From NCBI GenBank assembly GCA_032718475.1, contig JAUCBJ010007828.1, positions 1 to 48,955 on the forward strand: DNA of 48,955 nucleotides, given 5' to 3'. The DNA comes from Nemertoderma westbladi. Lineage: Eukaryota; Animalia; Xenacoelomorpha. The first letter of the stretch is position 1, and every line of letters starts with the position of its first letter. Of this stretch, positions 11,732-21,668 are shown piece by piece. Position numbers and translations under genes: made by a program. Below the pieces are notes generated by a model, which was given only the letters and a program-made list of their open reading frames with translations, did no database searches and was not told where the DNA came from.

Positions 11732-14700
11732 TCAGCGAAGGTAGGCTACCATACCAAAGCCGGTGTCACTTGCGTCACTGAATAAGTGGAGTTCGAGATC
11801 AGCTGGAAATACCAGCTGATTCGGAAAGTAGGAACGGGGTACGTCTATATTTTTCAATAGATGTAACTCGGCTTCCCACTCTCTCCACTGCTTTGCATGT
11901 ATAGGAGATATTGGTTCGTCCCACTCTATGTCGGACAACCAAATTTTCCTCATGCACGCTCGTGCCTGTAATATAACCGGACTGATAAAGTTCATCGGGT
12001 CAAATAGTCTACTCAATGTCGATAAGCAAATCCTCTTAGTCAAAACTTTGTCTGGGCTACTGGGCTCAAATCTAACTCTTACCTGGAACTTATCCGTATT
12101 CGGATTCCAAGCGAGTCCCAGTACTCGCGCCATGGGGATTGGTTCTACCCCCAATTCTATGTCTCCGCTCCCGCGATCCTTTACCGGGAACGATTCTAAT
12201 AGGGCCTCCGAATTGGTAGTGAACTTGGTCAGAGGAAATCCCCCTGTAGCCAAGCACTCTTGCAGGCCGTGAGCCACTTCTATGGCTTGTTCCGCCGTGT
12301 CCTTGGACACCAATCCGTCGTCCATGTAGAAGTTTCTCAATATAGACTCGATTACTTCTACTGGGTACTTACCAATCTGAGCTGTTGCCGTTTTCTTTAA
12401 AACGAACAGCGTGCCATTTGGACTATCGCGGGCGCCAAATATCCTAACGTACATCTGATATGTAACCACTGGGCCGGATAAGTCTTCATTCTCATACCAG
12501 AGAAAGCGAAGGCTATCCTGGTCTGCCTTACAGGCTCTTACCTGGTGGAACATCGCCTCGATGTCACAAGTAAATGCGAATCGCCGCTGTCTAAAACGCA
12601 ACAGTATTCCTATCAAATAATTATTCAGGTTGGGACCATCCATCAACTCTGAATTCAGGGACATACCTCTATAGACTGCTGCGCAGTCGTTGACTACTCG
12701 GACTTTGTCAGGTTTGTCAGGGTGAGTCACATAGTGGTGTGGAAGGTAATAAGTCTGGTCTGTCACTAAGTCAGGGTCCTCTACCTTCCCAGCAAATCCC
12801 TTGGCGAAATAGTTGTTGATCTGGGCGCAATACTTCTCCCTAATGTCCGGATTCTTCAACAACCGAGCCCTTACTCCATTTAATATTTTCAAGGCTAAGC
12901 TGTAGTTGTTCTCCAACTTAGGTGGTTGTCGACGCCACAACATTCCAACTTCAAAATGTCCAGTCGGTAGTAGACGTACGGTGTCTTCCATCATCTCCAG
13001 CGACCGTTTCTCATCAGTAGACATGGCTAGGTCATATCCACCGGGTTCCATTGCGTCCCTATCCAGCCATTCGACAGTTCTGGCTCCTGTCTCGAGGTCC
13101 TGGCGTATCAATTCCTTCTGTAATTCCTCCTCACTGTATTGGAAAATGTCTAGGTCTCGATATTTAGCCACTTGACCCTCCACTATGTCTGTATAAGTCA
13201 AAACGTTAGTCAGATAAGTAGCGTGGGCCGCTGAACCAGACCCACGGGTCTGATAACAGTAGTCCTCGGGTTCACTATCTGTCCGGTCGTTATGAAGTGG
13301 TTCCGACAACCTAACATTATCGGGAATCAACTCCTCGTCCGACTCGCTAAAGTCACTATAGTGGTCAATGCAGGTTCTCCTAAACTCGTCTATGTCTGGT
13401 GGTTCTACTAACGGTGGTTGAGTTATAGGCTGTAATTCGTCGTATCTGTCCATTGGCTTGTCGCCACCTGTAAACTCATAAGACATGGGTACTCTTGTAT
13501 ACCAACCTAGTATGGTCCTATGGGCATGTGGTCCATTGACATGCGGCTCAGCTGGTCTCGTTTCCCATATTTGGTGTGCGATCAGCTGTTCTGCACCAAT
13601 CAACATAGAAACATTCCTATAACCTACCTGGTGTCTGGGTATCCTGAGCTTGTCAAAATACTCCTGTGCTATGGGACTCATCGGCGGCACCTTACCTAAT
13701 TGCCTGCCGAATCCCTTCATAGCTAGACACTTAAATCCGTCCAATGGCAAAGCTTTCCGTTCTTGTCGAGTGTGTTGGTCTCTCGGAAGTAGGGAATCTA
13801 GTTCTACCGAAATTCTGTGTCCCTTGAGGTCTCCTACCCCGTGCATAGACTTCAACTCTATTTGGATCTCCTCAGCGTTCTGGAAGCTAGAAACAGCTCT
13901 CGCCACTTCCTCGTCGATATACGATAATGTGGACGCAGTGTCCAACATCACATATATTCGTTTTGATCCCTTATCTCCAGTGAGTTTCACCGGAATCACG
14001 CTAAATATTTCCGATGTGGCCGATGATAAATACGTCCGCGCGCTGGTCGATGAACTATCCGCGGTGAAACCTTGGCAGGTCACTTCTCTTGCGCTCGACT
14101 CGCCATCTTCGTCCGACGAACCTGGTTGGTAACCATCGTCCTGGATGCCAGTGTACGTATTCCTTCTTATCGATACGGGTTCTTTGCTCCCCTTCCTGTG
14201 AGGATTTCGCTGTAAGTAACGGTCCGTTGGGGTATGGAAATCCGCATGTAGCAACTTGTGATGTAGTCTGCCGCATTCCATGCATCCGTCCTTGCTGTTC
14301 GGGCACTGCCGCCGTACATGACCTGGCGCAAGACATGCCCAACAGGTGTCCAACGTCCGCACTTGAACTCTTCTCTGTTCCGAATTTAATTCTTTGAACC
14401 GTCTGCAACTATCTAACTTATGGTCGTCAGATCTTACCTCCTTTAGTAAACAGTATTGGCAACCTACAAATCCATCCGGCAACTCCTGTTGCTTTAACCT
14501 AGGTCTATCTAACCGCTCACCTGACCATACTCGCGAGTCTGATCTAAAGGCTGGGGTACTCGAATTATATCTGTCTACTGAGTTATAAGTCACAGTGGTC
14601 CTGTCGTCGTCAAAACTTACCATAGACTTACCGGTAACAGGTTTAGACTCCCTCATATTCTCTTCTGAGAAGTTTGATTTCATCTCTGCTACTGCGTCTG

Positions 14701-17700
14701 TGGCTATCATGTCATGAATATGCTGAAGTGTCAATACTTTACCTTGGCCCTCCAACTTATTCTCTAATTTGCGCCATTTCTGTCTGTAACGCATGTTTAG
14801 ACGTCTTATTACGCTTTTCAAAACTTCGGCGTGATCACCATGATGAGGTAGATTCACCGTCCTCAAGATGTCCAATGCGTTCGAAATAGCGTTCGCTAAG
14901 TTCAACAGCTCTAACGGAGTTGTAATCCTTCCGCCCTTACCCAAGTCTTCTACTATCGACTGCGCCATCTTGGTTTTATTCCCGTAGATGTCACTAAGCG
15001 TCTTCATCGCTAACTCAAATGCTCTTTCATTGCCGACGAAGTTATCAGCAATGGCTCTAGGTTCTCGATGGAGCATCTGAAGCAAATAGTTGAACTTCTC
15101 GTTGGGAGTAAAGGTGCTGTTGGTTAGCTGCTCGTCGACATAGGTTCTAAAGGTCCTCCAGTGCTTGTGGTTGCCCATAAACTTCTGGGGTTGTTGCGTC
15201 GGCAGTCCTTGCCTAGCAGCAAACTTACCTATGTCCCTAAGGGTTGCGTCGTTCTGGGTTAACAAATGGTTTAGTTCCGCAGGGTTGTTAAGTCTGGTCC
15301 TTTCCCGGTGGTTCCAACTTACCTGCTCCGCGTCGGTCCTTCTTTCCTTATAGTTTCGGGACTTCTGACGTCTCATTTCTTCCTCTTCATCGCTTGACTC
15401 GGTGTCAGTCCTTAGCGCTCGCGATGGTTTGCGCGCCGAGGCCCTGATCCAAGCATCCTCAATAAATTTCTCTGCCGAATTTTCGAAATTGGGATTATGG
15501 ATATTCGGGACAGGCGTCCTTACCTGAGGTCTATGTGGTATAGTCTCCTCCGATATGCGTACTCGTTGACTAGGCTGGACTTTATCTAACTCAGGCCTGC
15601 TGGGATTAGAATTACTTCTTACCTGGGCTGCTTCCTTTAACCGTAGGTTGCTAAGCATGTCCGTTATAGGTTGGATGTGCGGCGATATAGCTTGCGCTAA
15701 ACTAGCACTTAACTCATCCCTCGTAATAAATTCCTGGCTAGGGTTCTGTTGTATAGTCGGCTCTATCTGAGTAATCCGCTGTCTCTCATATGATCCCTCT
15801 TCCGGTTTAACCCGGAAGTTCTCCGTCGAACTGGGTCGGCGCTCCGTCCGCGTATTCCAAACCCGCGGGTTCGGTTCGCCAAATACTCGGCCCGTCGGAG
15901 TTTCTTCTCTAAATTCTCCGTTGTCACGTTCGGTGTACAGTGGTGCGGCGTTCCGATGACGTAGATCCTGGGCGATAGGTGAAGCACTAATACCAACTGG
16001 CGTGCGATATGTAGAGAACGGTTTAACGATCCGTGTACTCGTAATAGCTGGACCGGGTATAGGAATTCTGGTCGTCGTCGACTCGCGTATAGCCGGAGTT
16101 CTCGCTTCCTGTTCGGCCTTCTGCAGTGCGAACAGTTCTCGCAACTCAGTCCCTACACTCGCCCCACATTCTTCGAGCATTCGCATCCCCTTCTCGGCGA
16201 TTTCGTTCGCCTTCCTAGTCCGTTCTTCGCTCTCTAAACTTAATCTCGCACTTTCCAACTGCGCCAGTTTACGTTCTTCTTCTTCCCTCGCTCGTCTCGC
16301 TGCGCCCTCTTCTTCCACTCGCGACCTCTCTTCATACAATGCGCGTCTTCTCTTCTCGATCTCGAGTTCGCGTTCCTTGCGTCCGCGTTCGAGTTGAAGC
16401 TCGCGCTCCTTCTGTTCACGATCGAGTTTCTTGCGCTCGCGTTCGGCTTGGAGTTCGCGTTTCTTCGCTTCCTGTTCGCGTTCGAGTTGGAGTTCGCGTT
16501 TCTTCGCTTCCCGCTCGCATTCAAGTTGGAGTTCGCGTTCTCTCTGTTCGCGTTCGAGTTCCTCGCACTCGCGCTCGGCTTGGAGTTCGCGTTCCCTTTG
16601 CTCGCGTTCCGCTCGCTCGCGCTTACTTATCTCTTCCAACTCTCGTAACTCTGCGTCCAACTTACGTGTGCGCTCCCGTTCCCGCTCGGCTTCCTTCCGT
16701 GCTTCCTGTGCACGCAAAACTTCCGCCTGCTGTTCGTCTAGTCGGCGTCTTCTCTCCTCCGCCGAGTTGTGAGAAACAAGGGATCTAGCACATATTACCT
16801 TACCTCGCGCGTGACTAACCTGGGAATCGCCGCTGTCTCTAGATGCATCGTCGGGTGGAGTCAACGTCCTCTGTTGAATGTTCTCCGTCGTCGGTAGCAC
16901 CTGGCCTGGTACCACCACTCCATTCTGCATCAGCCAGCTAGTAACTTCCCTCTGATAACGGCGCTCTTCCTTATCTTGGATCTCTTCCCGCTCCACTAAG
17001 TCTCTTAACTCTGCGTCACTCACCTGAGTCGCCTGCGCTTGTGATGCCCATAGCAGCCAGTTCTCTGTCCTAACTCGTCGGAATCGCTCCGATAACTCGC
17101 GGTGCTCCAACAAGGCTGCTAAAACCCTGTCGTAAATCCTCGTCGCCACGTCGCTCGACTGAGACTCTACTGCCTTCTTCGCTAGGACTGCAAGCTCCTC
17201 CGTCTGCTTGAATAACGCTGAGTTATATCCTCTTCTAATCTCTGCTAACTCTACCCTCCCGATGTTCGCTGAGTCAGCTAACATCTTCCTTACCTTGTCC
17301 GCCGTCCGAGTTATATGTCCGGCGTGCGCGCGAAGTTTCTTCTTTATCGCAGTGTCGAACTCTCTATCACTTACCTGACTTACACTCGGTGGACTTGAAG
17401 GATTATTTCGGGAACTACGGGTACTCCTTACAGCCGTCGGGACCACGGCACTTACCATACCCACAGGTCTGGAAACCGGGCTCCGGGCTCTCGCTTCTGC
17501 TACACTACCCTCCCTATCACTCACCTCTGTCCGGGCTGCTGTGCAGTCCTTCCTTACAGTAGCGGTAGGGGATCCTAATACTATTACTTGAGGTTGTTGT
17601 TCTTCCTCACTAGTCACTGTCTCGTCCTCCTGTTCACTTACGTCAGCGTCGCTCGCTGCGTCGTCATAGTCGGCATTGTCATCAACAGTAATGTTTACGC

Positions 17701-17770
17701 TATCGTCAGTCGGCGGTCCAGCCGCCGTCTCGTAGCTGTCCTCTAGTGCCTCTTTGTCTGAGACACTCAT
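11732..17770 (-). CDS. BEL/Pao Gag-protease-RT-RNase H polyprotein ending at a premature TGA inside RNase H
   Basis: First ATG at 17770. Coiled-coil repeats, DUF1759-like Gag (EKFNYLLQML), CWACLAPGHVRRQC and CMECGRLHHKLLH, protease LDTAS (~13931-13945), RT YMDD (~12317-12328), RNase H FSDAS (~11769-11783). Confidence 0.93.
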   Translation of the reverse strand: MSVSDKEALEDSYETAAGPPTDDSVNITVDDNADYDDAASDADVSEQEDETVTSEEEQQPQVIVLGSPTATVRKDCTAARTEVSDREGSVAEARARSPVSRPVGMVSAVVPTAVRSTRSSRNNPSSPPSVSQVSDREFDTAIKKKLRAHAGHITRTADKVRKMLADSANIGRVELAEIRRGYNSALFKQTEELAVLAKKAVESQSSDVATRIYDRVLAALLEHRELSERFRRVRTENWLLWASQAQATQVSDAELRDLVEREEIQDKEERRYQREVTSWLMQNGVVVPGQVLPTTENIQQRTLTPPDDASRDSGDSQVSHARGKVICARSLVSHNSAEERRRRLDEQQAEVLRAQEARKEAERERERTRKLDAELRELEEISKRERAEREQRERELQAERECEELEREQRERELQLECEREAKKRELQLEREQEAKKRELQAERERKKLDREQKERELQLERGRKERELEIEKRRRALYEERSRVEEEGAARRAREEEERKLAQLESARLSLESEERTRKANEIAEKGMRMLEECGASVGTELRELFALQKAEQEARTPAIRESTTTRIPIPGPAITSTRIVKPFSTYRTPVGISASPIAQDLRHRNAAPLYTERDNGEFREETPTGRVFGEPNPRVWNTRTERRPSSTENFRVKPEEGSYERQRITQIEPTIQQNPSQEFITRDELSASLAQAISPHIQPITDMLSNLRLKEAAQVRSNSNPSRPELDKVQPSQRVRISEETIPHRPQVRTPVPNIHNPNFENSAEKFIEDAWIRASARKPSRALRTDTESSDEEEEMRRQKSRNYKERRTDAEQVSWNHRERTRLNNPAELNHLLTQNDATLRDIGKFAARQGLPTQQPQKFMGNHKHWRTFRTYVDEQLTNSTFTPNEKFNYLLQMLHREPRAIADNFVGNERAFELAMKTLSDIYGNKTKMAQSIVEDLGKGGRITTPLELLNLANAISNALDILRTVNLPHHGDHAEVLKSVIRRLNMRYRQKWRKLENKLEGQGKVLTLQHIHDMIATDAVAEMKSNFSEENMRESKPVTGKSMVSFDDDRTTVTYNSVDRYNSSTPAFRSDSRVWSGERLDRPRLKQQELPDGFVGCQYCLLKEVRSDDHKLDSCRRFKELNSEQRRVQVRTLDTCWACLAPGHVRRQCPNSKDGCMECGRLHHKLLHADFHTPTDRYLQRNPHRKGSKEPVSIRRNTYTGIQDDGYQPGSSDEDGESSAREVTCQGFTADSSSTSARTYLSSATSEIFSVIPVKLTGDKGSKRIYVMLDTASTLSYIDEEVARAVSSFQNAEEIQIELKSMHGVGDLKGHRISVELDSLLPRDQHTRQERKALPLDGFKCLAMKGFGRQLGKVPPMSPIAQEYFDKLRIPRHQVGYRNVSMLIGAEQLIAHQIWETRPAEPHVNGPHAHRTILGWYTRVPMSYEFTGGDKPMDRYDELQPITQPPLVEPPDIDEFRRTCIDHYSDFSESDEELIPDNVRLSEPLHNDRTDSEPEDYCYQTRGSGSAAHATYLTNVLTYTDIVEGQVAKYRDLDIFQYSEEELQKELIRQDLETGARTVEWLDRDAMEPGGYDLAMSTDEKRSLEMMEDTVRLLPTGHFEVGMLWRRQPPKLENNYSLALKILNGVRARLLKNPDIREKYCAQINNYFAKGFAGKVEDPDLVTDQTYYLPHHYVTHPDKPDKVRVVNDCAAVYRGMSLNSELMDGPNLNNYLIGILLRFRQRRFAFTCDIEAMFHQVRACKADQDSLRFLWYENEDLSGPVVTYQMYVRIFGARDSPNGTLFVLKKTATAQIGKYPVEVIESILRNFYMDDGLVSKDTAEQAIEVAHGLQECLATGGFPLTKFTTNSEALLESFPVKDRGSGDIELGVEPIPMARVLGLAWNPNTDKFQVRVRFEPSSPDKVLTKRICLSTLSRLFDPMNFISPVILQARACMRKIWLSDIEWDEPISPIHAKQWREWEAELHLLKNIDVPRSYFPNQLVFPADLELHLFSDASDTGFGMVAYLR

Positions 17771-18940
17771 AGTCCAAATAATATTTGCCTTCCGGCAAAA
17801 ATCTCGCAAAAGTTCGAGATATAATTATAATTTAACCGAAATACGGTCAAATTATTTGTCAAATAATCAGTTGGTCCAAATGTCAAAATAAATTCGCAAT
17901 GCAATATTGTGAATTTAATGGGGTATATAGTTATAGCAAATACTAGCACAATATTTAAACAAAAATATTATTATATAGCTACTATATAGCATTAAATACC
18001 GGTATAGCACAAAATAACTTTGAATCTAATACAAAATATTCAAAATAGACTTGCCACCCGAATATTTCTAATTTTATATATAGCTCTAATCAACGCAATT
18101 TTAATTTCAAATATTATATGTATCCACTAGCGCGTGGCTACATCTTCGGGTTGCGACTCTCTCTAACTCTCTCTCTAACTTGAGCGATTCAAAACCATGG
18201 CCGGCTAAACCTAAATATCCTAACTAATAAATTGAGTTCAGCTTCGCAGTTAAACAACCGGTAATTTTTTACTGCTTCCACAAACACACTGGCGCCAACA
18301 GAACAACTAACCTTGTTTGCTGTGAGATTCCACGTCCGCGTCCAAAGATTCAGGCCCTTCGCTGATTGCAAACCGAACCCGCAGACCCACACGAACCCCA
18401 AACTCAGAAGTCCCGTCTTGCCATGTATCTCCAGATGGTATAAAATAACTAAGCGGTTACCTAACATACCGGTACAAAACTCTAGAATTTTACGAATAAT
18501 TTTGACCGAAACTGAATTCTCGCAAACCTAGCTAATAATTTTCAAAAAACTTACTAATTACAGTTTGCCCTAAGGCCTAAGGAACTGCTGTATTCGCAAT
18601 TAGCAAAAACGCACTACCGTACATCCACTGTATGCAGTACAGTAAGTAAAACAGTACACCAACCTAACAGCCTAATGATACTGTGTGTGGTACGGCAAAC
18701 AAATGTCCTTCTACCGTACGCAGTAACAGCAATCAGCCTAATGTACTACTGTACTAGTGTACGCAGCCAGTGAATACAGTAATATAAACTAACAGCCTAA
18801 AGGAATATACTCAATGTTCTACCGTACGCTAGCCTATAGCCTACAGCAGACGATCACGTGCTCCAATTTATTGCCTAATACTATGATACTACTATCAGCC
18901 TAAGAATACTCTATTGACCGCTGCAAGCAACAGCCAATAA

Positions 18941-18950
18941 CACGTATCAC
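18941..18950 (-). other. Non-canonical primer-binding site GTGATACGTG (candidate self-priming PBS)
   Basis: Immediately follows the 5' LTR end (..TTTATCA), lacks the TGG of a tRNA-CCA PBS, and is the exact complement of 20019-20028 within the LTR. Confidence 0.6.
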
Positions 18951-21121
18951 TGATAAACAACCGCGACCTCTATACTAACAGCAGAACAGACCAATACCCG
19001 TTAATATCCTTCTGCCAACCTAATAAGTTCTCGTCTAACCAATAAGACACAAAGACTGCTCTACTGTTAAGTAAAGGGGCTCAGGAGCGTGATATTACTA
19101 AATTGTAAGGGTTGCTAAATACAAACCGCTACTTACCGTTAGATGGCGCTAATCTGCCGTCCGCTAATATATTTACTAATTTTACACAACTCCTGCAAAA
19201 TCGCTTGTTCCTTTCTCTACCGATTGCTCAATAGAGAGCTAACTGTTCGAATCTATGAGCCACGCAGGAATAACCAAAACAATAAACCCGATTCGGCTCC
19301 CTAAGCTTACTTAAGACGAGTGCGAGAGGCCTTGCACTCAGAGTATTCTTACGCCTAATTCTATCACTTATTAAAGCACGCTATTACCTACGTCTTTCTA
19401 ATCGCGAATACTGGGGTTTCTCTAACGTAATGTGTGAATGCGAGAATATTTAAATATCAAAAATGGTACAGTAATTGTCTCTCGTGGATAGTACCACTCT
19501 GGGTCTAAAATTGCCTGCAGCTGGCTTTAGGCCAGCAAATCACTAGCGTTTCGTGCGTACCGAATAGTGCGTTCTAGCTGATTGCCCGCTAATGCGAATA
19601 ACCGCTTAGCGTGAATAGTTTACAGTACTCTAATTATTACTTTAGCTACTCTCCGCTATGCTGCGTACTAATTCTTAATTTTTTACTAATCAATTACAGT
19701 CACAAATATTTAACAGCGTACTAATTACTAAGAGTTCCAGAATACGTAATTCTAATTTATCACGCAACAGGTTTCGCTAGTAATAGCCTAAATTGCCGTA
19801 TTACTTTGACCTAATCAGTAACTAATTATTGTAACTAAGAAATAGAAATCAATCAAAAGAAAAAGAGCGCCTATCTAAGCATTCGTAATCATAGGCACAC
19901 TTCAGTAACACACCAATCAGCATCAGCAATCACAGTTCGCAATTATGCAGTTAACTACTGTATAGCCCACAATTATGCGACTCACTATTCGTACTACACG
20001 CTCAACGTTCGAAACGTTGTGATACGTGCAGGCCTCTCCCGGGTACATATAGGACTCCTAACTAACCTGATTCCCGCCCCCCTAATACTAAATAGAGACG
20101 AAACCTGGATCATCAGCCCCCTAACTACTGTACCGGCGATTGGTCTGCGTACCACAGCGTTAACTTCCCGACCGCAACGGTGACCCCACGCCAGCGTTGC
20201 TCGCTTTGAATCCTCCGCTCTCCCTTAGTCGCCCAACCCCCCGATGTGCCCACCGCCCGCTGGCGCCTTAGCCCTCCATTACGCTAATAGCTACCGTAGC
20301 GGCGCATGCAAATCACAAAGTCTGACAGTCTCAGGAATCCCTTGGGATTATTGCGCAGAAAGGAATCACATAGAACCATCAATCAAAGGTAGAAATCATA
20401 GTTCGATTGTAATTTGCAGTAATCGAAGGAATTATTGAGAAACACAAGCAAAGTAATCGCACTAGCAAATCATTCCAAAAAATTAATCAAATTAGCAAAT
20501 TGCAGAAAATACGATATCCTAATACAAATTAGAGACAGCTCAGCAAGTAAATTGTAACAGGGGTGTGTCATGTGAGTGAGAGATTGATGACAGGCTCTAC
20601 CGGCACACCGCCAATTTATAGGTGATCCGGGTGGGATGATGCAATAGGGTGACTCAATCGCTCTCCTATTGGCTCTCCAGTCCATGCTAGCATTAGACCA
20701 ACCTGGAAGCAGTTAATCCAATAAGGAGGCCGGATTGTAGCCCTATGCCCTCAAATTATTACCATATATGGTAATGGATCACGTCTCTGGCTGCTGAATG
20801 GCCAGGACGGCGTCCCTATATGCTAGCCCTATCAAACTAATATCAGCAAGCACAAAATCCAGGGTCCGAGTAAACTCGCTACCCTGGAACTATCTATATA
20901 TATCCTAATACAAAATTACGTAGGTAGGGCTACATACTATACAAAATGAATGGATGCAAATATATGGGCGTTTTAACTTCCTTACCTAAATGTCACCACA
21001 CTGCGCCTTATCTAAATAATTATACTGCACAACGGACTAATATTACGTACAGTATAACGGACTAATATTGCATACTGCATAATGGACTAATACTGTGGAT
21101 ACAGCGCCATATACCGTAACA
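18951..21121 (-). repeat. 5' LTR (2171 bp)
   Basis: Direct repeat of 2997-5180; minus-strand termini TGTTA...TATCA. Confidence 0.97.
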
Positions 21122-21668
21122 CATGGGCAGCCTTGAATATGCTTTCCAGGATTTGGAAGTCACCGATAATTAATCGGAAACTTAAGGTCCGATTATTTAG
21201 AGCAGCAGTAGTTCCAGTACTCCTCTATGGGAGTCCATGCTGGGCTCTAACTGCTGAGGACACCAAATCTCTGGATGGCACATTCACAAGAATGCTACGC
21301 CGGGTTCATTGTGTCAAGTACAATGCACACATCTCCAACCAGACACTATATAACATTGGAGGTGTCTCATTGGTTCCCCCAGGCTTGACACTAGAACAAA
21401 ATCGCCTCCGCTTTGCAGGACATTGCTTTCGCCGTGAGGACCAGCCAGTGCATAATCTTGTACTTTGGCAGCCTCATGGAGTGAATAAGCATGGTGGACA
21501 GCCAATGACTTTCTTAAGACGCATCTTAAAGGACACTGGCCTTGAAGATGCGGATGATCTAGCAAATGTCATGGGTGATAGGGAGTTGTGGCGGCACAAT
21601 TTTGTCGACAAGCCGGCACAGCATTCTTAAAAATGCAGCTGCAATGCAGCATGCCGATACTAGTAGTA
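21122..21668 (+). pseudogene. Right TSD (21122-21126) and 3' end of RTE family A LINE with short (TAG)n tail
   Basis: KLKVRLFRAAVVPVLLYGS, RLRFAGHCFR, stop at 21630, 3' UTR ending TACTAGTAGTA. Confidence 0.9.

Larger units (their letters stand above)
2997..21121 (-). mobile_element. BEL/Pao LTR retrotransposon with both LTRs, an extra 3' ORF and defective pol
   Basis: Two TG..CA LTRs, 5-bp TSD, gag-PR-RT-RH-IN order with BEL/Pao hallmarks (three Gag Cys/His motifs, YLPHHYV, FYMDDG, FSDAS, PRAELQAA, WRHCPGVLNPADITSRG, FWLHGPDFL, DUF5641-like tail). Confidence 0.96.

Noticed and set aside
16002-16788. Plus-strand ORFs antisense to gag
   Set aside because: Shadow frames of the repetitive coiled-coil region.
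18285-18300. TGGCGCC as a tRNA-type PBS
   Set aside because: About 650 nt from the LTR end, and the similarity to a tRNA 3' end does not visibly extend.
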